Assembly (NCBI GenBank): GCA_964635075.1
Contig: CAZWMN010000009.1
Location: 7,269 to 71,268, forward strand
Direction: 5' to 3'
DNA: 64,000 nucleotides
Source of the DNA: an uncultured Pirellulales bacterium
GTDB lineage: Bacteria; Planctomycetota; Phycisphaerae; Sedimentisphaerales; Anaerohalosphaeraceae
Positions 1 through 10,309 of the stretch are shown piece after piece. The first letter of the stretch is position 1; every line of letters begins with the position of its first letter. Made by a program: the position numbers and the translations under genes. Below the pieces are notes generated by a model. The model worked only from the letters and a program-made list of their open reading frames with translations. It was not told where the DNA came from and did no database searches.

Positions 1-365
1 GAATAGCCTTGATTTCATCCGTGAACGCTGTCTGCATCGTCTTCTCCAACCAATCCGTTGCCGCTTCGCAAGACTCGCTGCTGCGACCTTCTTTTCACAT
101 CCATGACAGTCAGATGATAGAGCCAAAAAAGGCAGGTTTCAACCGGCATTTTCGGAAATTTTTTCCCACATCCGGCAGATACAAGAACAATCATCACTTG
201 CGCGCGAAAAAATTTTATTGTTCACAGGATTTGCACAACGCAAATGCGGATTGTGGACAACCTGTGGATTGTGTTTATTCCTGACAGGGGTGAACGCAAA
301 AGTAAAAGGGTAAAAGGCAAAAGGGAAGATGAGATTTGAGAGAATGCTTTTTCAATAAATTAACC

Positions 366-1337
366 TTATGCGAAATCCCGCATTACCCTCTTCATTGGCA
401 GGAAGAGATCGCCGGGACCGCCATAACGGCCATTGACAAAGGAATGAAAATCCATCAGGCCTGAGCCAGCGGGTTTGAGTTCGAGGATTTTCAGCCTGCC
501 CTGTCCGCAAATGATATTCAGTTTGTCGTCGAGGATGCCGCAGACCTGGCCGGAATCGGCGGCGGTTTTGATGACGGCGGTTTTGGCGATAATCACCTTC
601 CAGGATTTGCCGGTTTTGGCTGAGACATACACCGCTACGGCGCCGGGCCAGGGCCATAAACCGCGAATCTGATTGGCGATTCGAGCGGCGGGTTTGGACC
701 AGTCGATAAAGCCGTGTTCTTTTTTCAATTTGGGGGCTTTGGAAACCTGTTTTTTATCCTGCGGCTGATAGACGGCTGTGCCGTTTTCAATCGCGGCAAT
801 GGTCTCCATCAGCAGCGGCGCAGAAAGCCCGGCCAGACGGTTGTGCAGCGTTTGAAAATCGTCCTCCGGCTGAATTGCGGTACGGGCCTGAACCAGAATC
901 AGGCCAGCGTCCATACGGTCGGCCAGCGTGATAATACTGACGCCCGTTTCGGATTCGCCGTTAATAATCGCCCAGTTGACGGGTGCTGCGCCGCGATATT
1001 TGGGCAGCAGCGAGCCGTGAACATTAATTGCGCCTTTTGGAAATAGATTGATGACAGACTTTGCCACCTTCTGACCGAAGGCGATAACGACCAGTAAATC
1101 GCCGTTAAGTTTTTTTATCCGTTCGATAAATTCGGGTGTGTTGATATTCCCGGCCTCGATGCAGGGGATATTTTTTTCTTTGCACCACAAGGCGACATCG
1201 GTGGGCTTAGGCTGGCGATGGCGGCCGGCGGGACGTGCCGGCTGCGTAAATACCGCCGCAAGCTCATATCCAGGCGACACAATCGCCTCCAGACAGGGGA
1301 TACCAAATCGTCCCGAACCGAAATACACCATACGCAT
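366..1337 (-). CDS. fmt: methionyl-tRNA formyltransferase
   Basis: 323-aa ORF with formyltransferase motifs (VFTQPARPAGR, NVHGSLLPKYRGAAPVNWAIINGE) and a C-terminal Fmt domain. It lies 4 nt downstream of def, as in the canonical def-fmt pair. Confidence 0.95.
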   Translation of the reverse strand: MRMVYFGSGRFGIPCLEAIVSPGYELAAVFTQPARPAGRHRQPKPTDVALWCKEKNIPCIEAGNINTPEFIERIKKLNGDLLVVIAFGQKVAKSVINLFPKGAINVHGSLLPKYRGAAPVNWAIINGESETGVSIITLADRMDAGLILVQARTAIQPEDDFQTLHNRLAGLSAPLLMETIAAIENGTAVYQPQDKKQVSKAPKLKKEHGFIDWSKPAARIANQIRGLWPWPGAVAVYVSAKTGKSWKVIIAKTAVIKTAADSGQVCGILDDKLNIICGQGRLKILELKPAGSGLMDFHSFVNGRYGGPGDLFLPMKRVMRDFA

Positions 1338-1341
1338 AAGA

Positions 1342-1884
1342 TTATTTTTGCCCTTCGGAGGATTGTTTATTCTGGTATTCGTCCTGCATCCGCTTCAGCA
1401 GTTTGCGGGCGCGGAGTTTAGCCGGCTCACTCATCCGGTCTTTAATCATAATGCCCTGCAAATGGTCATACTCGTGCTGAAAGATTCTTGCCAACAGTCC
1501 TTCGCCGATTTCTGTGAAAGGTTTGCCGTCCAAATCCAGCGCGTGAACGGTGCAGCGGGTGTAACGAGTGATTTCGCCATAGATGCTCGGCAGGGAAAGA
1601 CAGCCTTCCTCGATGGCCTGCTGGGAGCTGGAAGGTTCGATTTTGGGGTTGATATAGACTTTGGCGTTTTCCTTAGTGCCATCCGGCGAGGCAACGAAGA
1701 TTTGCAGATTAACGCCCGCCTGCGGGCCGGCAAGACCGACGCCTTTGTGCTCGACCATAATCTCCTTCATCCGCTCGGCCAGTTGACGGATAGAGCCGTC
1801 AAATTTCTCAATCGGCTGGGCGGGTCTGCTCAGCACCGGCTCCGGAAACCGCGTAATTTCGCAATTGGAAAAATTGTCTGCCAT
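1342..1884 (-). CDS. def: peptide deformylase
   Basis: 180-aa ORF carrying the three deformylase motifs GVGLAGPQ, EGCLSLP and QHEYDHLQG. Confidence 0.95.
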   Translation of the reverse strand: MADNFSNCEITRFPEPVLSRPAQPIEKFDGSIRQLAERMKEIMVEHKGVGLAGPQAGVNLQIFVASPDGTKENAKVYINPKIEPSSSQQAIEEGCLSLPSIYGEITRYTRCTVHALDLDGKPFTEIGEGLLARIFQHEYDHLQGIMIKDRMSEPAKLRARKLLKRMQDEYQNKQSSEGQK

Positions 1885-1890
1885 TTTCTC

Positions 1891-2418
1891 TTATGCGTCT
1901 ATGCCCAGTATTAAAACGGGGATATCGATATTTGAAACGCCGCGATGCTCCAGGTCCCAGACGAACTGCTCGAAATAGGACACGCCTGTGGACATTTCAT
2001 TAGCAAATTGCTTTATAGGAACGATTTCAACGCCTGCGTCAATTAAATTCTGATTTTTGAAGATGACCATCTTCGCGCAGACATCATAAGTCATACAAGC
2101 ATAATCGCTGAATTGAACTTCTACGCCAAGTTTATTTTTAACAAAGCCTATTTCTCGAAAAGCCCTGATTGAGTATTCACAAGGTATTCTGCAACGGCGC
2201 CATCCCACGGAAAAGAATTTCTCCTTAAAAGCCGAATTTAATTCTCGAGGACCATACAATATTTTTCCTGCTCTTGTTTTTTCTTTGCTTTTTTTGGTTT
2301 TGCGTCGGTTTGCATCAACACCTGCAATTACTTTTTCAATTTCTTTGTACAGATTGCTATATTTTTTCTTTACTACGTTTTGACCGTCATTGAAAGAGTA
2401 GATTGCAGCAATATCCAT
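1891..2418 (-). CDS. BglII/BstYI-like restriction-endonuclease-fold protein (solitary, AT-rich)
   Basis: 175-aa ORF, visibly AT-richer than its neighbours. The segment KLGVEVQFSDYACMTYDVCAKM recalls the E-x-Q core of BglII-family nucleases. Family assignment is from memory of the motif, not from a search. Confidence 0.45.
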   Translation of the reverse strand: MDIAAIYSFNDGQNVVKKKYSNLYKEIEKVIAGVDANRRKTKKSKEKTRAGKILYGPRELNSAFKEKFFSVGWRRCRIPCEYSIRAFREIGFVKNKLGVEVQFSDYACMTYDVCAKMVIFKNQNLIDAGVEIVPIKQFANEMSTGVSYFEQFVWDLEHRGVSNIDIPVLILGIDA

Positions 2419-2442
2419 GTTATCACCATGATCTAAAAGCAG

Positions 2443-2552
2443 ACTGGATTCCCGCCTTCGCGGGAATGACAGCTATCATGAATTCTGTTGATTGTTAAGC
2501 TGATAGCAACAATTCTTTTTTCCCTTTACTCTTTGCATTTTTTCCTTAGTTA
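2443..2552. repeat. 110-bp direct repeat, copy 1 (contains ATTCCC-N8-GGGAAT palindrome)
   Basis: The string actggattcccgccttcgcgggaatgacagctatcatgaattctgttgattgttaagctgatagcaacaattc...ccttagtta recurs at 2619-2728. Confidence 0.9.
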
Positions 2553-2618
2553 GTTCCTGTTGCGGAAAAATAAAAACGAAAATATCATACCCACAAAAGC
2601 AGGTATTTGGTACGAATA

Positions 2619-2728
2619 ACTGGATTCCCGCCTTCGCGGGAATGACAGCTATCATGAATTCTGTTGATTGTTAAGCTGATAGCAACAATTCTTTTTTCCC
2701 TTTACTCTTTGCATTTTTTCCTTAGTTA
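2619..2728. repeat. 110-bp direct repeat, copy 2 (overlaps lptB stop codon)
   Basis: Near-identical to 2443-2552. Its last 7 nt are the final codon and stop of lptB. Confidence 0.9.
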
Positions 2729-3459
2729 TCGAATTCGTCGCCTCTGAAGATATTGCCGAGATAGCTTTTCTGCACGGTTTCGTTCTGGATGATTTCCTTT
2801 GGCGCGCCCTCGGCAATGACTCTGCCGTGGTCGATGATATAAGCCTTGTCGGACACTTCCAGCGTCCGCTCGACATTATGGTCGGTAATCAGGATGCTGA
2901 CGCCGCCGGCGACCAGCCTGCGAATCTCGGTCTGCAATTCCTCGACGGTGATAGGGTCCACGCCGCTGAAGGGTTCGTCCAGCAGAATCAGCGACGGATT
3001 GGTCACCATCGCCCGAGCGATTTCGAGTTTCCTGCGTTCACCGCCGGACAAAAATCGCGCCTGGCTGTTGGCCACCTCGGTCAGGCCGAATTGCTCGACC
3101 AGTTCCTCGGCCTTCTGTTTTCGCTGGGCGGCGCTCATCGACATCGTTTCGAGAATCGCGATGAGGTTGTCCTGAACACTGAGCCGCTGAAAGACACTCG
3201 GCTCCTGCGACAGATACCCCATCCCCAGCCGGGCGCGTTTGTACATCGGCAGTTTGGTTACGTCGATGCCTTCAAAGACCACCGTTCCGCCGTCCGGCAC
3301 AATCATTCCCATCACCATTCGAAACGTCGTGGTTTTGCCGGCGCCGTTGCGGCCCAAAAGGCCTACGATACTCCGCTGAGCCACGGAGATGTTGACCTGA
3401 TCGACCACCGTGCGGCCGGTGTATTTTTTGACCAGGCCGTGCGTCTGAAGCAGCGTCAT
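2722..3459 (-). CDS. lptB: LPS export ABC transporter ATP-binding protein
   Basis: Walker A GRNGAGKTTTF, signature LSGGERRKLEIARA, Walker B ILLDEP and an LptB-type N-terminus LQTHGLVKKY. I chose the internal start MTLLQ (3459); the track ORF extends to 3561. Confidence 0.9.
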   Translation of the reverse strand: MTLLQTHGLVKKYTGRTVVDQVNISVAQRSIVGLLGRNGAGKTTTFRMVMGMIVPDGGTVVFEGIDVTKLPMYKRARLGMGYLSQEPSVFQRLSVQDNLIAILETMSMSAAQRKQKAEELVEQFGLTEVANSQARFLSGGERRKLEIARAMVTNPSLILLDEPFSGVDPITVEELQTEIRRLVAGGVSILITDHNVERTLEVSDKAYIIDHGRVIAEGAPKEIIQNETVQKSYLGNIFRGDEFDN

Positions 3460-3716
3460 CTGTACCAAAAACAATCTCCTTTCGAAGTCGTCCAAACCCC
3501 GCTTGGGGGTCGGGGCCAACTCAAAATCACTTTTAGAGCGTATTATATCACCAAAAATCATTATGCCAACGGCCTTTTTCCGTTATCCCGTCGCTGACGC
3601 TCCGGGCTTCTATCAACATTATCCCGTCGCCGGCGCTTGAAATTTTTGTGATAAACCCCGCAATAAATTGCGGGACTAAACCAACATCATTTTTGGGATT
3701 GCCTTATCAATGGCGA

Positions 3717-4712
3717 ATGCATAGACTTGATGTGATGCTGACGGAGATTGAAAAACAAATTCTTCGCATGGTGCAGGAACCTTTGCCGCTGTGCGAACAG
3801 CCATTCGCGGCGATGGCTCATCGGCTGGGCTGTCCGCCGGAACGACTTATTTCCACGATTCGCAACCTGAAGAAGACGGGACTTATTCGCCGATACGGCG
3901 CCATAGTCAACTATGCAGCGCTGAGCCGGACAGCGACGCTGGTCGCGGCGTCTGTGCCGCAGGAAAAGCTCAACGAGCTGATTACGGCGGTCAATTCACT
4001 GGCCGGCGTATCACATCATTATCTGCGAAAACATTTGTTCAATCTCTGGTTCACTTTACAGGGCGCATCGCCGCGGGAAATTGAAAACACGCTATGTCAA
4101 TTGAACAGACAAACAGATGTGCGGTTTTATTCTCTGCCGGCGGTGAGGGTTTTCAAGCTGGATGTGCGATTTTGTCCGGAAGGGCCGTTGCAAGAGGATT
4201 TTGAACGGATGGGATTTTTGCCGCCTGAAAATCCTGCTGCCGTTGTGTCTTTGACCGAAATGGAGAAGAAGTCACTGCGGTTTTTGCAGGAGGATTTTCC
4301 GATTATGGAAAGGCCGTTTGAAGCGATGCGTCAAAAATCCGGCATTGCGAATATAGAGGAGTTTGCCGGAGGTCTTGTCGCCAAAGGAGTCGTCCATCGC
4401 ATAGCCGCCATACTGAACCATTGCAAGCTGGGTTATCAGGCGAATGGGATGGCGTGTTTTGCTCTGCCGCAGGGGGAAATCGAATCGGTCGCGCGTGCGC
4501 TGGCCGAGCGAGCCGCCGTCAGTCATTGTTATCAGCGGGAGACGTTTGCCGGTTGGCCGTATAATCTGTTCGCAATGATTCACGCAGGCCGGATAGAGGA
4601 CGTGGAGCGGTTTGTTTCCAGTCTTGCGGAAGAATACGGGATTTCCGAATGGGTTCTGCTGCCTACCGAAAAGGAACTGAAAAAACAGCCCGTGCTGTAT
4701 GACGGGCGATGA
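3717..4712 (+). CDS. fused siroheme decarboxylase (AhbA/AhbB or NirD/NirL-like, two Lrp/AsnC-type modules)
   Basis: Two tandem modules, each with an HTH-like head (EIEKQILRMVQEPLPLCEQPF and EMEKKSLRFLQEDFPIMERPF) and a VSHHY/VSHCY core, typical of AhbAB/NirDLGH proteins. Start taken at MHRLD. Confidence 0.7.
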   Translation: MHRLDVMLTEIEKQILRMVQEPLPLCEQPFAAMAHRLGCPPERLISTIRNLKKTGLIRRYGAIVNYAALSRTATLVAASVPQEKLNELITAVNSLAGVSHHYLRKHLFNLWFTLQGASPREIENTLCQLNRQTDVRFYSLPAVRVFKLDVRFCPEGPLQEDFERMGFLPPENPAAVVSLTEMEKKSLRFLQEDFPIMERPFEAMRQKSGIANIEEFAGGLVAKGVVHRIAAILNHCKLGYQANGMACFALPQGEIESVARALAERAAVSHCYQRETFAGWPYNLFAMIHAGRIEDVERFVSSLAEEYGISEWVLLPTEKELKKQPVLYDGR

Positions 4713-4777
4713 CAGGCTTTAAACTCGACCCCGGCGCGGCGGGACGGAACAAATTCAAAAAATCCGAGCTGAAGTCA

Positions 4778-5146
4778 TCAGGGATGAGTGCAGATGATGG
4801 TGTGGTCGGACTTGAGGATATACGTTCCGCCCAGAGGACATTTCGGTACGCCGGCAGGAAAGAATTCGCGGTTGTTCGTCACCTCTTCAAGCGTATCGGG
4901 GAATCTGCCCTTTTCCATGCTGTATAACTTCACTGCCGAGTGCAGCAGTTCGATGTTGGAGTTGCATCGCGTTTGTTTGTCGAGGCTGGCGCTGTGCGAT
5001 AACCGGGGGACTGATATGGCGGTCAGAGTTGTTAATATCAATACGACAATTAACAGTTCCGCTGCGGTCATTCGTTTTGTTTTTGTGTCGTACATAATTT
5101 CGTCCTGCCAAAAAAGGGTTCTGTTCCTCTCTTTATTTCGGTTCAT
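4778..5146 (-). CDS. pilin-like protein with prepilin-type N-terminal hydrophobic segment
   Basis: KRMTAAELLIVVLILTTLTAISVP resembles the cleavage/methylation motif with Glu at +5, but Arg replaces the usual Gly at -1. The C-terminal CPLGGTY...C pattern is common in small pseudopilins. Confidence 0.5.
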   Translation of the reverse strand: MNRNKERNRTLFWQDEIMYDTKTKRMTAAELLIVVLILTTLTAISVPRLSHSASLDKQTRCNSNIELLHSAVKLYSMEKGRFPDTLEEVTNNREFFPAGVPKCPLGGTYILKSDHTIICTHP

Positions 5147-5350
5147 TCAGGGCCGGACTTAAGTGGACAGATTTTTGAATCTTTCAGTACCGTGAAATTT
5201 TATCGGACTAACGGCAGGACAAAAAAACCGATACGGACCCTTTTTATCCTTTCGTAAAGTCTCTGATTAAGAAAGCTTACAAAATATTCGATAGCAGAAC
5301 TGGAAAGGTATCGCCAAGACGGGAATATTTCTGGACAGGAACTTTAGGAT

Positions 5351-6091
5351 ATGCCGGAAATCGAACTGCTGGAAAAACAGAGTAACGGGACGGCAGAGGA
5401 GCAAAAAGAGCGTCATTACGCCGAAGCAGGCATGGCCCTGCGGCAGTTATCGCATGCCATCAAGAACATTATGCAAATGGTCGGCGGCGCTGCGGAAGTG
5501 ACCGATTACGCCTTTGGGCTCAATCAGATGGAAAAGGCGGTCAAAAGCTGGGGGATTCTGATTTTCAACTGGAAACGGCTGAGAAAATATCTGCTGGATA
5601 TTCTGGATTACACCAAAATGCAGCCGCTGCAAATTGTGTCCTGCGATGTTCATGAGGAGATCAAGCGGGTGGTCAATTCGCTCAAGTGGATCACGGCGCA
5701 TAAGAAATTCAAACTACAGGTGCAACTGGATACGACTATGCCCCAGGTGGAGGTCGATGCGGAACGCGTCGGACTGATGGCGTTAAATATGCTGCTTAAT
5801 GCCATCGATCAGGCGGAAGAGGGAACAGGAACGGTGCGATTGCAGACCCGCTTTGTCGCTTCGCAGAATCAGTTTGAAATTTGCGTTACCGACAACAGCC
5901 CGGCGTATTCGTCGGAGTTTCAACAGCAATTATTCACGGCACACGAAACCCACAAACAGCGGTTCAGCAATGGAATCGGCCTTATGTTGGTTCAACAGAT
6001 TGCCTGTCAGCACGGGGGACGAATTACGCCGGATTGCCGCGACGGAGCCAATACGCTCACGGCGACCCTGCCGGTGAAAGCCGCTTCATAG
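5351..6091 (+). CDS. soluble histidine kinase (HisKA-like plus HATPase_c, no sensor domain)
   Basis: H-box LRQLSHAIKN, N-box NMLLNAIDQA and G-box GIGLMLVQQIACQHGG. No TM segment or N-terminal sensor domain. Confidence 0.8.
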   Translation: MPEIELLEKQSNGTAEEQKERHYAEAGMALRQLSHAIKNIMQMVGGAAEVTDYAFGLNQMEKAVKSWGILIFNWKRLRKYLLDILDYTKMQPLQIVSCDVHEEIKRVVNSLKWITAHKKFKLQVQLDTTMPQVEVDAERVGLMALNMLLNAIDQAEEGTGTVRLQTRFVASQNQFEICVTDNSPAYSSEFQQQLFTAHETHKQRFSNGIGLMLVQQIACQHGGRITPDCRDGANTLTATLPVKAAS

Positions 6092-6205
6092 AGGCCGTCA
6101 ACGCCGTTGGTATTCTATTTTGCCGGTTCCGGGGAAATTTTGTTGCTGGTTTCTGGTTTTCTGGGTATAATAATTCCGTTCAAAGTATTCATTTTGGAAT
6201 CGGCA

Positions 6206-7471
6206 ATGGCGAAAAATACAAATTCCGGCTTACGACGCGAAACATGCAGCTTCTGCGGCAGAAACAAGAGACAGCATGAAGTTTTTGTCGAAGGGCCCAG
6301 CGGCGTTTATATCTGCCCGGAGTGCGTGGATTTATGTTCCACCATTATCCGCCAGGAACAAAAGCGAAGCCGGGGAAAGGCGATTTCCGGGGAGGTGCCA
6401 AAGCCGCGTCAAATCAAGGAATTTCTCGACCAGTATGTCATCGGTCAGGAGCTGGCCAAGAAAAAAATCTCTGTGGCGGTGCATAATCATTATAAACGGC
6501 TCATCCACATCGAAAGCGATGACAATGACGTTGAAATCGAAAAATCGAATATTCTCCTGATTGGTCCGACCGGTTCGGGCAAGACCCTTTTGGCCCGGAC
6601 GCTGGCGCGGATGCTGAAAGTGCCGTTTGCCATCTGCGACGCCACTACGGTGACCGAAGCCGGTTATGTCGGCGAAGACGTGGAAAACTTTCTGCTGCGT
6701 CTGCTGCAGAACGCCGATTACGACATCGAGGCGGCCCAGCGGGGAATTGTCTATGTCGATGAAATCGACAAAATCGGCAAGACCAACCAGAATGTCTCCA
6801 TCACACGGGACGTTTCCGGCGAAGGCGTACAACAGGCCCTTTTAAAGATGCTCGAAGGCACCATCGCCAACGTGCCTCCGCAGGGCGGACGCAAACATCC
6901 CGAACAGGCCTATATTCAGATTGACACGACGCACATTTTGTTTATCTGCGGCGGAACCTACGTGGGTCTGGAAAACATCATTAAAAAACGTCTGGGCCGG
7001 CGGATGATCGGTTTTGGCAGCGAGCAATCGATGCAGGACGACAAGAAGGCGGATTACAGCGCCGTGATTAAACAGGTGACGCCGGAAGACGTGATTGAAT
7101 TCGGAATGATCCCGGAATTTGTGGGGCGTCTGCCGATTATCACCACGCTGACGGCGCTGGATGAAGAGGCCCTGATGCAGATTCTGACCGAGCCGAAAAA
7201 CGCCGTGGTCCGCCAGTACCAGAGACTCTTTGAGATGGAAAACACCAAGCTGGAGTTCACCGAGCCGGCTCTCAAACTGCTGGCCAAAAAGGCGATGGCC
7301 AGGGACACCGGCGCCCGAGCTTTGCGGGCCATTATGGAGGAACTGATGGTGGACCTGATGTACCGGCTTCCCGAAGAACCCAAGCCGGGACATTATGTCA
7401 TCACTTCCGATATCGTGGAAGGCCGGGCGGATTTATTCGCCCAAGCCCGGAAGATGAAGGAATCCGCCTGA
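6206..7471 (+). CDS. clpX: ATP-dependent Clp protease ATP-binding subunit ClpX
   Basis: Zinc finger CSFCG...CPECV, Walker A GPTGSGKT and ClpX-specific blocks ([14 protein letters not shown] loop region). Start taken at MAKNT. Confidence 0.95.
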   Translation: MAKNTNSGLRRETCSFCGRNKRQHEVFVEGPSGVYICPECVDLCSTIIRQEQKRSRGKAISGEVPKPRQIKEFLDQYVIGQELAKKKISVAVHNHYKRLIHIESDDNDVEIEKSNILLIGPTGSGKTLLARTLARMLKVPFAICDATTVTEAGYVGEDVENFLLRLLQNADYDIEAAQRGIVYVDEIDKIGKTNQNVSITRDVSGEGVQQALLKMLEGTIANVPPQGGRKHPEQAYIQIDTTHILFICGGTYVGLENIIKKRLGRRMIGFGSEQSMQDDKKADYSAVIKQVTPEDVIEFGMIPEFVGRLPIITTLTALDEEALMQILTEPKNAVVRQYQRLFEMENTKLEFTEPALKLLAKKAMARDTGARALRAIMEELMVDLMYRLPEEPKPGHYVITSDIVEGRADLFAQARKMKESA

Positions 7472-7506
7472 ATAGGGCATTCCACAGAAGCCAAGTATTC
7501 ACCACA

Positions 7507-7534
7507 GCCGGCCGCTACCGCCGGCGGTTTTTTT
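7507..7534 (+). terminator. intrinsic terminator after clpX
   Basis: GC stem gccggc/gccggc with a 7-nt loop, followed by a run of T. Confidence 0.55.
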
Positions 7535-7720
7535 AAAGGTCTGTATGATAAGCATACAGCCGGGGTCATTTCCGAACGTCTCAATTCCCGGCTCAATCGT
7601 GTATTTTCCACGAAAAACAGGGTTAAAGCGGGGCTGGCATAAAGATTGCATATCTGAGAAGTGATGGCATAGTGCGCTTGCGCGGAAAAGCAGAGAAACT
7701 CTGTGGACTCAGGTTCAGGG

Positions 7721-10309
7721 ATGGGCCAGGAAAAAGAAGATAACCTCACACAACCAACCCAAACGGATGTGCCGGACTCCAATGCGGCAGGGCCGAAGGC
7801 GGAGACGACGTCCCAGACGACCGTCCCGGACTCCGACTTGTCGGACAAGTCCGATTCGGGAGGAGCGAAGGCGGAGACGACGTCGTCTGAACCGGAGTCG
7901 TTTGTCGGCGACCTTTCTTTTTTGAAGGAGCTGACCTCCAAATCGGCGTCGCGGTCGGCTCACAAAGGCGGTATATCCGTTGTAGTTTTCCGTCCTGTAT
8001 ATATGATTCTCGCGGCCAATATCCTGCTGATGCTGATTTTGGTCGGAGCAGTTTGGTTTCAGCCCATAAAAATAGTCGGTTTTGGGCTTGCCGAGGCGTC
8101 CCCGGCAGGGCAAGTCCAGCCGTCTAATCATGCTAATTTGGCGGCTTCGGCGTCTGCGCCGGCATCGACACAAAATTCCCCAGACGTCACATCCGAAGTA
8201 AAGCCGGATGAACTTGCCGGTGTAATCGAAAAAGCCGTTTTAAGTCCGGAGGAACAAGAACGTTTTGGGCAGGGCGTTTCGCTGAAAACCGCCGATGATT
8301 TATTTGCCGCAAAGGAGTATCTCAAGGCCTGTTATGTGTATCATCAGATCAGTTTGAATTGGATTTCTTCCGACCCGGACAGCGAGTACCTGAAGGATTA
8401 CCTGAAACTCCGGATGGCGGTTTGTCTGCATTGCGCGGGCGAGGCGCACACCCAGGAACGGTATTTTTCGCAGGCGCTGCAGAGCCGGTCGGCATACGTC
8501 CGCGGAATGGCCTGCTATTATCTGGCTCGGATACGTTTTCAGAATAAGGAATATCTCCAGGCGAGAAAGAACGCCTATCAGGCGGTGGCGTTGTGGAGGG
8601 CATTTGAGGGGATGGTTTCGACCAACCTCGAGGCGGATTTGTATTTTCTGATTGCCGACTCGCTGACCCGACAGGTGGTAGGGTTTTACAATATGGATCA
8701 AGCGCTTCCGGGCCAAGGCTGGTCGGAGCAATTGACGGACGTCTGGCCGGCGGAATCGGATACGCTGCGGCTGCGAAAGGCGTTTTCGCTTACCGCCGAG
8801 AAGGTCGGCGAAGGAGCGGGCGGCCCCAAACTGACCGTAGATACGCATCTCCCCGTCGGCAGTCAATGGTCGCTGGTTTGTCTGTACAGTCCGCTGGAAG
8901 AAACACTGTGGAAAGCGGTTTCCGAAACCGGCCTCAAGACGGCGTGGAAGACCGATTCGCAGACGATGCGCAGCCGACCGGTGACAGCGTATCTGACGTA
9001 TGTTCCACAGCAGTATATGATGGAAGTACTTTGTGGAAGCGTCGGTTTACTCTGGCGATTTGACGGACAGAGCGCCTCCATTCTGAATCCGGAAGGCTAT
9101 ACGGATTTTGAGGGACATCGCAATGAGCTGATTCAGGAAGCGATTTCACTATGGCAGCGGTTTTTACTGCGGTATCGTGACGAACGCCGCAGCCCCAATG
9201 CGCATTACGCGCTGGGTCGGATGTACACCTTCGCCGGTCAATCCTCGGCGGCGCTGGGCGAATTCAAGTTATTGGAAGCGCGGTTCGCCCAGAATCCCAT
9301 TACCCCCTACGCTTATCTGGAAGCCAGCAAAATCAAAGTAGAAATGAAGGATTACGAAGGCGCCCGCATTGATTTGAATGAAATGCTGCTGCAATATCCG
9401 GATTGTCCCATCGCCGATGAAGCGACACTGTATCTGGCTTGCGCCACGCTCGAAAGCGGGCAACCCGATCGGGCGAAGGATTTGTTTCACAAGGCATTTC
9501 AGATGAATTTAAGTGAAGTGGGGAAATGCGAAGCAGCCCTTGGGCTGGGCCGCTGCGCGTACGCCCAACAGGACTGGGGGCAGTCACAAGTGTGGCTGAG
9601 CCGGGCGATGGAATTGATGGGGGACAAGAATGATTCCCGCGTCGGACCGGCCTGTTTTATGCTCGGCAGGACGTACATTGCGCTGGGACAGTACGTCAAG
9701 GCGTCGGAGGCCCTGCGAATCGCTCTGGGCGGCAGACTTTCGGAGAAGGAATCTGTTCAAATTATTTTGGAACTGGTACAGGCCGAATCGCGGCAGCAGA
9801 ATTATCTGGAAGCGATGAGCATTCTGGAAAGCGTTCCTCAAAATCATCTCGGTCAGCAGGATTCGTGTGAACTGCTGATTGCCAAGGCCGGCATTCTGCG
9901 GGAGATTGACGCGGCGGATTCGGCGGTTTCATTGCTTCGCAGAAAAGTTGAATTTATCGCTGATTCCCGTCTGCGGGCGTGGCTGACGCTGGAACTGGCG
10001 AAGTGCTATCTGGCCACGGGCGATTATGCGCTGGCCCGGCAGGAGATAAACGATATTCTGGCGGATATACAGGACCCTGTTCGCGTCAGACAGGCCCAAC
10101 TGATTCTGGCCCGCGCGGCGGAAAAGCTGGGACAGCCCGACCAGGCAGAGACTTTTTGTATCGCGATTTTGACCAGTCCGCAAACGGAAAGCGAAATCCA
10201 AAACGAGGCGTTTAATGTTCTGGGGCGGGTGTATGCCGGGCAAAAGCGCTATGAGAAGGCGGCTCTGGCCTTTGCAGGGATTCTGCCGGGGGGAGGAAAC
10301 AAACCATGA
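7721..10309 (+). CDS. TPR-repeat membrane-anchored protein
   Basis: Low-complexity D/S/T-rich N-terminus, one TM segment (ILAANILLMLILVGAVWF), then many TPR-like helical repeats. It overlaps the next ORF by 4 nt. Confidence 0.7.
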   Translation: MGQEKEDNLTQPTQTDVPDSNAAGPKAETTSQTTVPDSDLSDKSDSGGAKAETTSSEPESFVGDLSFLKELTSKSASRSAHKGGISVVVFRPVYMILAANILLMLILVGAVWFQPIKIVGFGLAEASPAGQVQPSNHANLAASASAPASTQNSPDVTSEVKPDELAGVIEKAVLSPEEQERFGQGVSLKTADDLFAAKEYLKACYVYHQISLNWISSDPDSEYLKDYLKLRMAVCLHCAGEAHTQERYFSQALQSRSAYVRGMACYYLARIRFQNKEYLQARKNAYQAVALWRAFEGMVSTNLEADLYFLIADSLTRQVVGFYNMDQALPGQGWSEQLTDVWPAESDTLRLRKAFSLTAEKVGEGAGGPKLTVDTHLPVGSQWSLVCLYSPLEETLWKAVSETGLKTAWKTDSQTMRSRPVTAYLTYVPQQYMMEVLCGSVGLLWRFDGQSASILNPEGYTDFEGHRNELIQEAISLWQRFLLRYRDERRSPNAHYALGRMYTFAGQSSAALGEFKLLEARFAQNPITPYAYLEASKIKVEMKDYEGARIDLNEMLLQYPDCPIADEATLYLACATLESGQPDRAKDLFHKAFQMNLSEVGKCEAALGLGRCAYAQQDWGQSQVWLSRAMELMGDKNDSRVGPACFMLGRTYIALGQYVKASEALRIALGGRLSEKESVQIILELVQAESRQQNYLEAMSILESVPQNHLGQQDSCELLIAKAGILREIDAADSAVSLLRRKVEFIADSRLRAWLTLELAKCYLATGDYALARQEINDILADIQDPVRVRQAQLILARAAEKLGQPDQAETFCIAILTSPQTESEIQNEAFNVLGRVYAGQKRYEKAALAFAGILPGGGNKP

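Noticed and set aside
1-365. Small ORFs 9-284 (+) and 15-197 (-) downstream of fmt
   Set aside because: They have no motifs and their composition looks like a repeat-bearing spacer (ctgtggattgtg and aaaagg tracts). I looked for an rsmB start after fmt, but no frame supports it.
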